Shown: positions 13,252 to 27,544 of the stretch, piece after piece | How the letters are laid out: each line of letters opens with the position of its first letter | How positions within the stretch are numbered: position 1 is the stretch's first letter | Source: Eledone cirrhosa | Lineage: Eukaryota | Assembly: GCA_964016885.1 (NCBI GenBank) | Contig: OZ024752.1 | Coordinates: forward strand, 11,718,001-11,782,000 | DNA: 64,000 nucleotides | Reading direction: 5' to 3' | Notes under the pieces: generated by a model | What the model was told of the DNA's origin: nothing | Seen by the model: only the letters and a program-made list of their open reading frames with translations | Database searches by the model: none | Position numbers and translations under genes: made by a program

Positions 13252-13934
13252 TGTGTGCCGGTGTGTATGTGAGCGTGTGTATATATATATATGTGTGTAT
13301 GCATGTGTGTGTGTGCGTATAGCATTGCCGTTTGGCGGTAAGATACGAATTCGTCGACTTAACTTCTGCCTCATAAAAAATACCCTTTGTCTTACACAAA
13401 CCGTTTAGCCGATATATGTTACTGTACCAACAGAAGCAACACCCAGCTACGCTATGTGTTATGAGCTGATGTCAAATAATACTGATATTCCGTGGATATT
13501 TTCTTTATGTGGCTCCTGGGCTGAATTATAACTAATCCTTTCTGAATGTGGTCGATGGTCGACTTTTATTGGCTAAATCAATGAGAGGAACCAAGGGAAC
13601 ATTTCTTTCGGGGGGGGGGGGGGGGGGGGGGGGCTTCGCGTAACATTCCACATTTAGGTGTCTGTGTTCTCACATGTAGACGTACGTCCTTCACCATAGT
13701 GTTGTGTCCCCCCTAAACGAAGTTTATTTCCTTTAATAGTTACAATGTAATTTGTCTGCAGTATGGATATAATGAGTGAGGCTAACAAACATAAGACTTG
13801 CCTTAAGCTTTTTATAATCACCAATGAAAGGTGACCTTATTTTATTTCAATATAGCGGAGCCACTATCAACATTATCACAGGGGGTATTATTACTACCAA
13901 CACAAACACTAACTCTATATCTTCCTCTCAACTA

Positions 13935-14700
13935 TTAGATTGACAGTATTGGTAGAGGGTCGGACGCCATGCTTTGCAGCAAAGAGTTACGTCCCTTCAT
14001 GGTTTGAGTTCAAATCCCGCCGAGGTTAACTTTGCCTTTCATCCTTACGGGGTCGATAAAATAAACCACCAGTAACACACTGGGATAATTGCTGGCCTTG
14101 TGCCTAATGTAGAAACAATTAATATTATAATGATTTCTACTATAATGCACAAGACCAGCAATTTGGTGGGGAGGAGAAATCGATTAAATCGACTCCAGTA
14201 CTTACTGGTGCTTTATTTTATCGACCTTGTAAGGATGAAAGGCAAAGTTAACCTCGACGGGATTTGAACTCAGATCATAAAGGTCCGTAACTCTATGCTG
14301 ATTAATAATATTAATAATTGTTTCTACTTTAGGCACAAGCCAGCAATTACCCAGTACATTACTGGTACTTTATTTTATCAACCCCGTAAGGATGAAAGGC
14401 AAAGTTAGCCTCGGCGGGATTTGAACTCAGACTGTAAAGGGACGTAACTATGCTAGAAAGCATGGCGTCCAACCCTCTCCCGGTACAGCCAATTCACCGC
14501 ACTATTAATAATATTAATTGTTTCTACTTTTGGCACAAGGCCAGTAATTACCCAGTACATTACTGGTACTTTATTTCATCGACCCCGTAAGGATGAAAGG
14601 CAAAGTTAACCTCGGCGGGATTTGAACTCAGAATGGCAAGGACCGTAACTCTATGCGTCAAAGCATGGCGTCCGACGCCTCTACCGATACTGCCAATCCA
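13935..14700. mobile_element. Cluster of four tRNA-derived SINEs (one +, three -)
   Basis: Copies at ~13935-14120 (+), 14140-14300 (-), 14315-14500 (-), 14518-14700 (-). Confidence 0.9.
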
Positions 14701-15607
14701 ATGACAAGAGCTATTAATTAAAACATCCAACAAAGAAGAGACTGCTTAAGCTAGACACTTAATATATTTGACATGGAAAGTCAGTCGTGGCCTGAACTAA
14801 GATAGGTATAGGCTTGTCTTATGAGGGCAGTTTGAGAGCAATGTGCTTTCTCTATTGTCAATTTCCTTAAACTCCCAGAGAACAGAAATAGTGTTGGTTC
14901 TGAGACGTGATATGCCACGTAGATCCACCAACACATACACACACATGTTGTGCTTACAATTTGAATTTCATGTATCAAATTAGCATTATAACATTTATCT
15001 TGTTACATAAATACAAACATCTAGCTATGGAGGAATAGATATCTCAACTATTACAACAGCTGTGAATATATTACGACTCTTATGTATGATCAATGCTGGG
15101 TGTCATTAGAAGAGAGATTCTAAGCCTGTACAATCTTCTCCACTTGAATAAGCACCGTATAGGTTTCATTTGTTCGGTCTATTCACCACCATTTGCAAGC
15201 ACCAAGCTCTGTGCTGAGGGATACGTAGTGAAGCAGGTTCGAAGAGGATGTTTCTTGGAGTCTCTAGACATAGCTTCCTGCGCATGGTGGTCTGGTCGTT
15301 CTGGTATCAACCTAATTCACGGCCCAGTTCGTATTTTTCCCATAAAGAACACAAACCCCTTCCACAAACAAACCTTGCTCCATCCTGCGGTGCAAACGAC
15401 ATGAGGAAGACGTTAGAAGAGCCCATCAAGATAAATAACTATCTGTGCATGTCCATACTCTACAAGTTATCGTCAACAGCCTGCAGCCAGGAACAGGCGT
15501 TGTAGCCGAGGAAATATATCGGTGCAGAATCGCAATAGCAGCCCTGATCAAGTATTGGCGGCCTCACCGATCTCACATGACTGAGCTTGAGTTTGGCTAT
15601 ACGGACG

Positions 15608-15784
<177 letters not shown>

Positions 15785-16344
15785 AGTTTTTTTGTGCGTC
15801 GCTGTGTTGTGTCGCAGATGGATATTCTGTTGTCATTTTTGTCAAGGGTAGTCAACTTTTGATTTACTATCTGGTGTCCAAGAAACGTCGTATGCTATTA
15901 CGGCGACCCTACGGCTTCACTAGGAGTTACGAGACCATACCATACCATTGTAACCTTAGCTATAATGCCCGGAGAAAAGAAAGCCGAATGGTTACAACCA
16001 ACATATCTGGTCATATGTGTGTACGAACAGTATTCAGCTTTATATGAAATATTAAACAAAACAACGTCGTGTGGTTTCCCTGTACTGAACTATAATAGAC
16101 ATCTGTATTGCTATTGAGAACAAAGATATATAAAGACTTGAATTATATATCTTACTACGTGGTTTATCTTTAGATAAACAGGATGTAATAAACAAATGTA
16201 AATACTTTGTTAAAATACTCAATATCTAACTAGACAATAAAAGAGAAATCAGCTGAAATGAAATAGTTTCGATCCTAGGTGGGGATTTTATTCAGAAACT
16301 TTACTTATGAATATTACATAAATTCAATATCTCAAGCCTAATAA

Positions 16345-16552
16345 TTGCTTCTACTTAAAGCACAAGGCCAGCAATTTTAAGGGGAGAGGAAATTCGATTA
16401 AATCGACCCCAATGCTTGACTGGTACTTTATTTTATAAACCTCGTAAGGATGAAAGGCGAAGCTAGCATCGGCGGGATTTGAACTCAGAATGTAAAGGTC
16501 CATAACTAAATACTGCAAAGTATTTTGTCCGACGCCCTACCGATTCTAGCAA
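16345..16552 (-). mobile_element. tRNA-derived SINE
   Basis: Family consensus on - strand. Confidence 0.85.
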
Positions 16553-16596
16553 TAAGCCTAGTAATAGGTCATGTGTATTTGTGTATTTATATATAG

Positions 16597-17838
16597 CACC
16601 GTCTGAAACTCTTTACAATTTACACACACGTTGTATTTCCTATCTCAATCATTTCTGATTATAAATTCTGTTCAGGTAAATGGTGACAGGCATCAAGCTA
16701 GCTCAGCAAATCAAAAGACACGCAGTAATCGTTGCCTCAAAAGGCAGAGAAGAGTGACTTAGAGATTGCTCTCTTCCTAAAAGTTGCACAATCACTTGAC
16801 AAAGTTCGCAAAGAGGTGGAAACCGATTGGGATTCGACAGGAGTAGCCAATCGTAAAACGCCTGTTAAGGGCCCTAATACCACCACAACATCCAGATGTG
16901 TGCGAAAGTGGCAGAACATTAGCAATGAAAGCCCCAGAAAGTCAATTAGCGCAATTACTATGGAGGTCAAGGCTCTAAAACACACTATGGGAAAACATTT
17001 GCATGAGGTCCTCCGAAACGAGTCATATATGATATAGAGAGACCAATTCATGTCTGACAATACAAACAAAAACAGTCCTATACCTGCAAGTGGCTTTTTA
17101 GTACATTAAAAACATCAAATGGAATGCTTTGGTTTTTTTTCCGATGAGAATCACTTTGATCGGGAACAAAAGACCAACCGAGGGAATTACAGATGGATAT
17201 GGAGAGACCCTAAAGTCGTTTCAATGGTCATGAACACAATGCTTTCGGCAACTGTGGTAGTTCTGGGCGTCATGAACTATGAAGGGGTTGCCATGCTTCT
17301 TCACTTTTATTTTTTATGGTTTAAGGGTCAATGCTGCTCACTTTAAAGAGGTCTTGAGAGGTCTTGGATACAGAGCGTGATCAATGGATGACCGTACCCC
17401 TACCAACAAGTTTTTGCACCGTCTCAAAAGGCCAAACTGATCCCCGAATGGATGAGTTACAATATCCGAGATCGTGTCACCCCAAACATATGGCCTACAA
17501 GCTCCCCAAACCTGAATCCGTTAGACAACTATGTATGAAGCGTAGTCGAGATGGGAGTCACTCAACACTCCCATAACACTATAAAAACTCTAACCTCCAT
17601 AACTAGCACAGTGTCCAAAATAGATTTTTTTAAATCGTCTGATTCAGACATGTTCACATTTCAGACCATGTATTGAAGCAGTCATCGATGCGAACGCTGG
17701 ATCCATTGAATAGATGCATCAGGAAGAGTCTCGGAATTATTCATGCTAAGATATTCTCAAATAAATCTCTCCTGTCATGACTTCTGTGTCTTTTATTAAA
17801 TTCATGTAAATGACTTCAATGAACAGAGAAACTCTGTA
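16597..17838 (+). pseudogene. Decayed Tc1/mariner-superfamily transposase (DD37D/maT-like)
   Basis: Frameshifted pieces: HTH-like SPRKSISAI, first catalytic FFSDE, VVVLGVM, YQQ..AP, WPTSSPNLNPLD, and terminal FRPCIEAVIDANAGSIE. Confidence 0.85.
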
Positions 17839-19071
17839 AGTTTCCAATCACAAGTGTTCCCATTCTAACCCTACTCCCGTCTCTGTAAATAAGTATTTCT
17901 CCAATGTTACTCATAGATTTTATCCTGTATGTCATTTGTACACATATCCTGAACAGTTATGTAATTATATCTTAAAATTATATCATTAAAATATCATCTC
18001 TCTATATATAATTCTTTATAAAAACGCCAATTTCCCAGTTTGTATTATTATATATATATCTGGTAATCATTGTGTTTATGACACACTAATCTTGGACTAT
18101 AGATATTTAATACGTTCAACGATTTTGCTGTGGTTATTGACGGCACTAATCCACTAGTCTGTATATAAAATATTCTTAGCTGCTTTTCCGATTGAGAAAC
18201 TTCTGGTGCGTGAAAACCCGTTTGATTTAATTCTCCGCTGTTCTCTGTTGAAACAAAAAAAAATGTTAACATAGCAGTAAATTTTATAAATACTTCCTTC
18301 TAACTTTCACTTGTTGAATAAATGACCGTCATCAAATCCATCTGCCAGCCATTAACAATGACATACGTCATCAATCTTAGATCATCCCAAGGATGTAGTA
18401 TTTAGTATTCTGGTGAGCGGGAGAATGTCTTCTGCTTACAACAGTGACGAATTGTTTTCAGTGAATGAAGTGAATTCACCATAAATCAAACCATCCCTTT
18501 CCGTTATAAAACACCCATAACATAGAATATACAGTAGTACTTCTTCCAGACAACATTTAATTCATGATGTTTATCTAATACTTAACTTTACGGTACTATA
18601 TTCAGCCATTCGTTTGTCACAATGCACCTGAGCTTACATATACCTACAAACACTCACACATATATGCATACATACACACACACATACATACACACACATA
18701 CATATATACACACACACATACATACATATATACATACACACACATACATGCATACATACGTACACACACACATACACACATACATACATATATACATACA
18801 CACATACACACACATACACACATGCATACATACATATATACACATATATACACATATATACACATATACACAAATATATACATACATATATACATATATA
18901 TACACACACACACACATGCATACATACATACATTCATATATACACACATACATACATATACACACATACACACACACACATACGTACACACATACATACA
19001 TACACACATACATACACACACACATACATACGGGTTATATACCAACCCGCTTACATACACACACACATACA

Positions 19072-19307
19072 TACGGGTTATATACCAACCCGCTTGGACC
19101 AAAGTATGACTGAACTTGGATTTGCGGACAAAGAGCGCAGCTCCCTAATTCATAGTCTACAAATGGCTGCGATAGCTGGCACCTTCAAAATTTGCAAAAC
19201 ATTCTTGCGATTCAAGAGATGACAATTTCTTTTCTTTTACAACCTTGCCACCAGGAAGGTGGCCGATCAAAAAAATATACTCGAAATTAAGAGAAAGAGA
19301 TAACATA
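19072..19307 (+). mobile_element. Inverted duplicate of the 3' end of the R4/Dong-like element
   Basis: Near-identical reverse complement of 19673-19909. Confidence 0.9.
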
Positions 19308-19451
19308 CACACACATACATACATACATATACACACGCACACACATACATACATATACACACGCACACACACATACATACATACATACATACATATATAC
19401 ATATATACATATAATACACATACACACATACATACACACATGCATACATAC

Positions 19452-19506
<55 letters not shown>

Positions 19507-19758
19507 CAGACAAAAGAACTAATCGTTTATCAGATTATGTATTCTTTTATTTGTTCGATAATCGATCTCGATAAACATCTTGAGGTATAAACACGACTTT
19601 AATCTCTTGATGAAGCAATAAAGCACTTAAATATTCAATTTTAAATTCACGCTTATAACATATCTATTTAGTTATGTTTTCTCTTTCTCTTAATTTCGAG
19701 TATATTTTTTTTGACCGGCCACCTTCCTGGTGGCAAGGTTGTAAAAGAAAAGAAATTG

Positions 19759-20481
19759 TCATCCCTTGAATCGCAAGAATGTTTTGCAAATTTTGAAGGT
19801 GCCAGCTATCGCAGCCATTTGTAGACTATGAATTAGGGAGCTGCGCTCTTTGTCCGCAAATCCAAGTTCAGTCATACTTTGGTCCAAGCAGGTTGGTATA
19901 TAACCCGTAGCACCAATAATGATGGGTATGAAGCTAAAGATGTATCTTGGATACTGGATTTGTAAACTCCTCATCAATGGTCCGTAGATGTCCTCCTTCT
20001 CCTGTATTTTTCTGACAACGTTTACATCAAGTGGGCAGCTGATCTCCACAACAGAACACGTTTTCAATGTGTGGTCCCAAACTACAATATCAGGCCGGTT
20101 GTACTTTAATTTGGTGGCAGTTTTTATTTTCAAGTTCCACCAGTATTCCTTAGTGCCATCTGTCTCAATATATTCTTCCTCGTTTGTTGTTGATTTTGTT
20201 TTCCGAAGTGCGTTCCAGATGGTTCTAGCTATCCCATCGTGTCTCATGGGGGGGTAGTAGCGAGATGACATTCTTTCGCAGCTGGCAACAATGTGGCTTA
20301 CATCCTCGATCTTTGTTTTACATAGCCTACATTTATTGTCAGCTGCTGGCCCTCCTCTTTTGTGCAGCAGATATTTGGTAGGGAGTTCTTGTTCCTGTAT
20401 TGCATAGAGATATCCCTCAAGGTGTGATGTCATAAACTTGTCGGAACTCCATGCCAGGCTTTTTGAGTGGTTTATCCCCTC
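19759..20481 (-). pseudogene. 5'-truncated R4/Dong-clade non-LTR retrotransposon ORF: CCHC knuckle plus restriction-like endonuclease
   Basis: EGYLYAIQEQ, CRLC..H....C, RHD, RPDIVV..EISCP, EKEDIY, IIIGATG in ORF 19759..20433; frame stays open upstream to ~20481, then (TATG)n. Confidence 0.9.
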
Positions 20482-20559
20482 TATGTATGTATGTATGTAT
20501 GTATGTATGTATGTATGTATATGTGTGTGTGTGTGTGTGTGTGTATGTATCTATGTATG

Positions 20560-20855
20560 TATATATATATATGTAATATGTGTAATGTATGTATGTATAT
20601 ATATATATGTCTAAACATAATGTATGTATGTATGTATATGTAATATATGCAATGTATGTATGTATATATATATATGTCTAAAGGTAATGTATGTATGTAT
20701 ATGTAATATATGTAATGTATGTATGTATGTATATATGTGTCTAAAGGTAATGTATGTATGTATATATATGTAATATATGTAATTTATGTATGTATATATA
20801 TATATGTGTCTAAAGGTAATGTATGTATGTATATATATGTATATGTCTAAATGTA
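20560..20855. repeat. Microsatellite-derived minisatellite (~55-65 bp, anchor tgtctaaaggtaatgtatg)
   Basis: Anchor repeated about 5 times. Confidence 0.75.
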
Positions 20856-20971
20856 AAATTCCTTATTGAGTGCTTTTGACTGCACTTCCCGACAGCACGA
20901 CAGCATTCGTTAGCTTCCAGAGCTTCGGTTATGCTGTACTACCCTCTTGTATATATATGTGTGTGTGTATG

Positions 20972-21034
<63 letters not shown>

Positions 21035-21063
21035 GTGTGTGTGTGTGTATCTATCTATGAATG

Positions 21064-21132
<69 letters not shown>

Positions 21133-21135
<3 letters not shown>

Positions 21136-21240
21136 AACCAGTAGGGTCTTACTGGTTTCTATTACCCACTCTACTACCCCAAGTATTGAGTACTTTGGTG
21201 CGTTATGGTCCACCTGGTTCCTTACCACATTTCCTTCGTT
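21133..21240 (+). mobile_element. Family B 3' fragment with a mini-foldback at its 5' end
   Basis: aggaaccagtag ggt cttactggtttct followed by the family B tail; between TA tracts. Confidence 0.8.
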
Positions 21241-21795
21241 ATATATATATATATTTGTATCTATGTATGTATCTATTTAGTTATTATGTATGTATCTATC
21301 TATCTACGTATGTATGTATCTATGTATGTATATATTTATGTATCTATGTATGTATATATTTATATATGTGGGTATGTGCGTATGTATGTGTGTATGTAAC
21401 TATGTATGTATATATGTATGTGTATATGTATGTATCATTCTATGTATGTATCTAGCTATGTATGTATGTATGCATGTATGTGTGTATCTATATATGTATC
21501 TATGTATGTGTGTATGTATATGTATCTATGTTTTTTATATGTATGTGTGTATATGTGTATATATGCATATGTATGTTTATGTGTATGTATGTATGTATGT
21601 ATGTATGTATGTATGTTTGTATGTCCTGATGACGGCCGAAGCCAGAACTCCTGCTGCTTCTGCTGGAATCCGCTAGATGGTGCTAGCGGTCATCTTTTCA
21701 ATATTCATAGCTAAAGTGCTTTCGAAATGTCTATTCGTAAACATACCGTATATCATTAGATATACGAAACTGACATACTTGCGTTGCTTTTAAAA

Positions 21796-22027
<232 letters not shown>

Positions 22028-22059
22028 TTTTCAAAATCCATATATATATATATATATAT

Positions 22060-22262
22060 TAGCTAAACAGAAATAACATCACAATCGGTAGAGCATGTGG
22101 AAGGAATATATTAGGTTAACGCTTGATATAGCAGGAAGAGGGTCGTAAAGTTTCGGACGTTAGTCCTTCATCAGAAGAAAGAATGAGAAATAAGATAGAT
22201 TGAAGGGACGGGCGGGGTGGAATTGGAAAAAATGTCTTTAGATAAAAATAGTAGGTCCATTT
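22060..22262 (-). mobile_element. Family G element with hammerhead motif at 22143-22178
   Basis: Reverse complement tctt CTGATGA aGGAC taac GTCC GAAActtt acga. Confidence 0.75.
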
Positions 22263-22564
22263 ATATGTATGTATATATTGTTATATTCGCGGATGGTCAT
22301 TTTGCCAATTGAACTCAAGCACTAAATAACTTTCACTTTATCTTCTACATTCACAGAACTACATACACTCACCTACACGTGGCACCCTTATATCATGTCT
22401 TCTCTTCCATTCTCCGACACAGTTTATTTTTCCTAATCACTTCCGGGTCCCTGAAATGATGGTGTATGTTTGTGTTATGATCTTTCGACTGCTTTATTTT
22501 CATTCGATTTTCTCTTTTTTTTCTTTTGTTATTTCGTTTCGATGAAAGACTTACGTCCAAAACG

Positions 22565-22599
<35 letters not shown>

Positions 22600-22660
22600 G
22601 CGTGTGTGTTGTTGTCATTGGTCTTCTTATTTTCATGTTACCCCTTATACGCACATGTGT

Positions 22661-22990
22661 CCAGGGCCAGATTTAATGGAGGGTAAAGGGGGCAATTGCC
22701 CCGGGACCCTGCAATGGGTGCCCCCCCCCCCCCCCCCCCCCCCAGTGATGGCCGTACCAATTTATTTGTGCCCTCAGCTGGGCTTTTTAGTTTTAGAATG
22801 GTTAGAATTTTTGAATTTAATACCTGTATGTATAACTTTTCAATTCCAGTTACTTGTACCAAGCTAACTTTGATATGTAAAATGGGGGTGGGTTGCTGTG
22901 TCTTCTTATTTTTGTGTATGATCCCCCCCCCCCCAAAAAAAAAGAAACCCTGAATTGCCTTGGAACCCCCTAAGGTCTAAATTCAAACCT
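22661..22990. mobile_element. Probable hAT-like MITE, decayed
   Basis: cagggccagattta ... taaattcaaacct ends; gggggcaattgcccc subterminal motif. Confidence 0.5.
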
Positions 22991-23007
22991 ACATGTTTCC
23001 ATACGTA

Positions 23008-24060
23008 ATAAAGTGGAACCTCGCAGTACGAGTGCCCCATTGTACTAGTAATTTGCAATACAAGCCGAGGTTAGTACAGCGAACTTTTGTCCTGCAGTAC
23101 GAGTAGAAATCCGCAGTACGAGCGAGTTTCAAGCAAGCGACCGCTAATCGGCGCTGTGCTCTCCAAACAAGCGCAGACTCCGCTCGCTCAGTTCACGTGT
23201 ATATCTCGTTGTAGCAGTATCCCTATTGTGTTTTCTCTGTGTTTTAGTTTTGTGCGTTTTGTGCTATTATTTGGATTGGCTGTATCGGTAGAGGGTCGGA
23301 CGACATGCTTTGCAGCATAGAGTTACGGCCCTTTCAAATCCCGCCGGGGTTAACCTTGCCTTTGCCTTTCATCCTTATGGGGTCGATAAAATAAAGTACC
23401 AGTAATGCACTGGGATAATGGCTGGCCTTGTGCCAAAAGTAGAAACAATTATTTTATACTAATTAGTGGAAGAAAACCCATAAAATATTATTTTTTAGTG
23501 GTTTTCAGGCGCTGGAACGGATTATTTATATTTTAATTAATTTCAATGAGAAAAATTGATTTGTAAAACGAGAAGGTCGTAATACGAGTAAATTGTAAAA
23601 CGAGTAAATCGTAATACGAGTAAATTGTAAAACGAGTAAATCGTAAAACGGGCAAATCGTGAAACGAGTAAATCGTAAAACGAGTAAATTGTAAAACGAG
23701 TAAATCTTAAAACGAGCAAATTATGAAAACGGGTAAATCGTAAAACGAGTAAATCGTAACACGAACAAATTGTGAAACGGGTAAATCATAAAACGAGTAA
23801 ATCGTAAACACGAGTGAATTGTAAAACGAGTAAATCGTGAAACGAGTAAATCGTAAAACGAGTAAATCGTAAAAACGAATAATTCGTAAAAACGAGTAAA
23901 TTGTAAAACGAGTAAATCGTAAAACGATTAAAACGTAAAACGAGTGAATTGTAAAACGAGTAAATCGTGAAACGAGTAAATCGTAAAAACGAGTAAATCG
24001 TAAAACGAGTAATTCGTAAAAACGAGCTCGGCCATGGAACGAATTAAAGTCGTACTGCGA
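23008..24060. mobile_element. pogo/Tigger-like MITE with a nested SINE (23272-23450) and an internal satellite
   Basis: agtggaacctcgcagtacga ... tcgtactgcga inverted ends. Confidence 0.65.
23563..24026. repeat. 16-bp satellite (gtaaaacgagtaaatc), ~28 copies
   Basis: Directly visible tandem array. Confidence 0.95.
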
Positions 24061-24339
24061 TAGATTGGTTTCTCAGGCTGGATTAAAATGTTAAGTTACT
24101 TACGGCCAGGAGACAAAGGAGTTTATATGTATATATGAATACCTACTTACATACGTGTGTATATTTGCTATGCTCCGAGTATGTGAAATACCTCATCAGA
24201 TGTGCATTGTCATTAGAATTAACATATACATTTATTAAATGTTATATATTTTTGAAAGTATTGTAACAACGTTTCCAAAACTTTCCCAAAACTAAAGAGT
24301 TTGTACTTATATCTTATATTTTCTTTTATTCTCTTGCAG

Positions 24340-24386
24340 GTGATGTCTTGCAATAAAGTTAATTTAGATAAGAAACGAATTCAAAG
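24340..24386 (+). other. Candidate 47-nt host exon
   Basis: Polypyrimidine acceptor ttttcttttattctcttgcag and donor AAG|gtgaga; open frame MSCNKVNLDKKRIQ. Confidence 0.35.
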
Positions 24387-24623
24387 GTGAGATATTCGGC
24401 TAAACTTCTTTTATTTTCCTTCAGAGAAATATCGCATATATATATATCTTGATAAAATATGAATGTCATACTTCTTCGTTGCTATGATAAACACAGAACA
24501 AACTAATATTAGTTACACACACAACTCCCACAGTTATACGATATGCACATATATTAATGTATATACGTAAATATAGGCTTATATGTTTATGCATGTATAT
24601 ATAAATACATAAATGTATATATG

Positions 24624-24663
<40 letters not shown>

Positions 24664-24717
24664 CGTGTGTGTGTATAAGTATATATACATACATATATAT
24701 ATATATGTATATGTATG

Positions 24718-24748
<31 letters not shown>

Positions 24749-25129
24749 ATACATATAGACATATATATATATATGCACACACAACACGCACACACACCAT
24801 ACATACATGTGTGTGTTTTGTGTGTATGTATGCATTTATATATATAAATATATACAAATATACATACATACATACACACATACATATACACATACATATA
24901 TACATACAAGTATACTTACACACATATACACATATATACTTATATACACACATACATACATATACACATACATATATACTTACAAGCATACTTACACACA
25001 TATACACATATATACATAGATACACACATACATATACACATACATATATACATACAAGCATACTTACACACATATATACATATATACATAGATACACACA
25101 TACATACATATACACATACATATATACAT

Positions 25130-25740
25130 GGTGGCTGCAAACTCGTTTTGGAGTACAGCCACTACTTTATATCCATGTAGGAGAACCCCTACCGATGCGC
25201 TGAACGAGTGTGACTTTTTAGTCCAGCCTGCGACTTGAAAACTCTGGTACAAACACTACACTTGTGACAATTATTGACATATTGTTCTGGGCCTATGGTA
25301 CCATGTGACGACAAGTGCAGAGAGATCTCCAGATATAAAGCAATGCCTGTGCCGTGAAGCTTTTATAGTGAGCAAAGGCACTGCACAAAGCCAGTCCCAC
25401 TCTCTTACCCAAGATGATATTTACCTAAAAGAAGAACAAGTCAACATCATTGGATATTATCAGGGTTGCAGGTGTTATATCAGAGTTTTCCTTCTTCTAG
25501 AATTCTGCCTTGACAAAGGCTAAGGGGTCATCTCTCCCGGTGATTTTGGATGGCCATTGACTCTTAAGGGCTCCTTTGCCCTTTGACAGGTTTTGTTTTT
25601 AGTCCTGCAGGATGTCCAAAGTCACCCTCCTCACCAAGAAACCTTGGTGGGGTTGCCAGTTTAGTCGCCAACGACCCGACCATGGGACAGGTTGTACTGG
25701 AATACATGTTACCAGTAGCACCAACTGGTGACCTGACATA
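25130..25740 (-). mobile_element. Family K element, full length
   Basis: Reverse-complement homolog of 9271-9880. Confidence 0.9.
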
Positions 25741-25827
25741 TACACATACATATATACATACAAGCATACTTACACACATATACACATATATACATACACA
25801 CATACATATACACATACATATATACAT

Positions 25828-26331
25828 GGTGGCTGCAAACTCGTTTTCGAGTACGGCCACTACTTTATATCCATGTAGGAGAACCCCTACCGATGCGCTG
25901 AACGAGTGTGACTTTTTAGTCCAGCCTGCGACTTGAAAACTCTGGTACAAACACTACACTTGTGACAATTATTGACATATTGTTCTGGGCCTATGGTACC
26001 ATGTGACGACAAGTGCAGAGAGATCTCCAGATATAAAGCAATGCCTGTGCCGTGAAGCTTTTATAGTGAGCAAAGGTACTGCACAAAGCCAGTCCCACTC
26101 TCTTAACCAAGATGATATTTACCAAAATGAAGAACAAGTCAACATCATTGGATACCATCAGGGTTGCAGGTGTTATATCAGAGTTTTCCTTCTAGAATTC
26201 TGCCTTGACAAAGGCTAAGGGGTCATCTCTCCCGGTGATTTTGGATGGCCATTGACTCTTAAGGGCTCCTTTTCCCTTTGACAGATTTTGTTTTTAGTCC
26301 TGCAGGATGTCCAATGTCACCCTCCTCACCA
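25828..26331 (-). mobile_element. Family K element, 5'-truncated, in tandem with the previous copy
   Basis: Near-identical to 25130-25635. Confidence 0.9.
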
Positions 26332-26771
26332 TATATACATACAAGCATACTTACACACATATACACATATATACATAGATACACACATAAATACATATAC
26401 ACATACATATATACATACAAGCATACTTACACACATATACACATAAATACATACACACACACATACATACATTCATAGATACATACATTATAAATATGTA
26501 GAAATAGTTTAAGCATATGTTTGTCTAAGATAACAGAATCAATAAAATCATATCTTAAGATCGCTTTTGAAAAATAATCATTTTACTTCCTTAATATCTT
26601 GTCTACATAGAGGAGCTTCAACTGAAAATGATTTACAAGAAATAGCTGGGTGTTTAATCCTGAGATGGACTAAAGTCCTGTCCAGGAGGGAGTATTGTAC
26701 TCTCAGTCGCTTGGAAACCGTGATAGACATCAGCTTGATGATTCTTCGGGTTCGAGACAGACTTTAGACCC

Positions 26772-27050
26772 CAGTCATGGGCAACATGCGGCCCGCGAAG
26801 CTTTCTGAATGGCTCGCCTAAGTCACCCAAGTGAAATCTTTCTGATATTTTTGTCCCAACTTTTCAGTCGTAATTTATCTTTCAATCATTTTTTTATGAA
26901 CGAGGAAAAAAAACGTGTAGGAATTCTGAAGAAACAAATCAAAACAATCTGAGTTACCGCCCTTTTTTTAATGTGGACACGAATGTAAATTAGCGCTTGA
27001 TGAGCCATATCTCATGCGGCCCGCTTCTGGACAAAGGTTGCCCATGCCTG
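26772..27050. mobile_element. hAT-like MITE
   Basis: cagtcatgggcaac / gttgcccatgcctg; tgcggcccgc subterminal motifs. Confidence 0.75.
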
Positions 27051-27191
27051 GTATAATGTGTAGACAGATCTTTCTTTCATGATTTTGAGTTAGAGATAAA
27101 GACGAGAAAGTGATCCAATATTTTGGGGATTTTCACAACGCCAATGTTATAACCACAAGCGACAAAATTTAACTTTAGACTTTAGATAGGA

Positions 27192-27386
27192 CAGGCATGT
27201 CAAACATGCGGCTCTTTACAAGCACACATGCGGCCCGCAAAAAGGTTTTTACAGCACGAGCGTGTGTTTTATCTTCGCAATATAAAAGATTAGTTGTAAT
27301 GTGCGCAATTAGTTGTCGTGTGTGGCCCTCAGACAACATTATGTGACAGATGTGGCATTCGGGAGACCCTCAGTTTAACATGCCTG
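27192..27386. mobile_element. hAT-like MITE
   Basis: caggcatgtcaaac / gtttaacatgcctg; imperfect 8-bp TSD agatagga/agatagat. Confidence 0.75.
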
Positions 27387-27544
27387 AGATAGATGACTTT
27401 ATAGTGTTAAGCTCTTTCAAATTATTGAATTTCAATTATTCTTCGCATTTCGTTCTGCGGTTTAAGGTTGCTGCATTGTCGTTTCAAACATATTCATTCG
27501 GAAAACTTTCCTAGAATAAATATTTCTTTTTAGCGGCAAAGGGA

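Noticed and set aside
21626-21650. CTGATGA cggc cgaa gcc agaac as a hammerhead
   Set aside because: No GAAA box, stem III or stem I could be formed
26610-26767. Possible second exon in frame with 24340-24386
   Set aside because: Sequence aligns with the SINE body at 28150-28260 and the donor is weak
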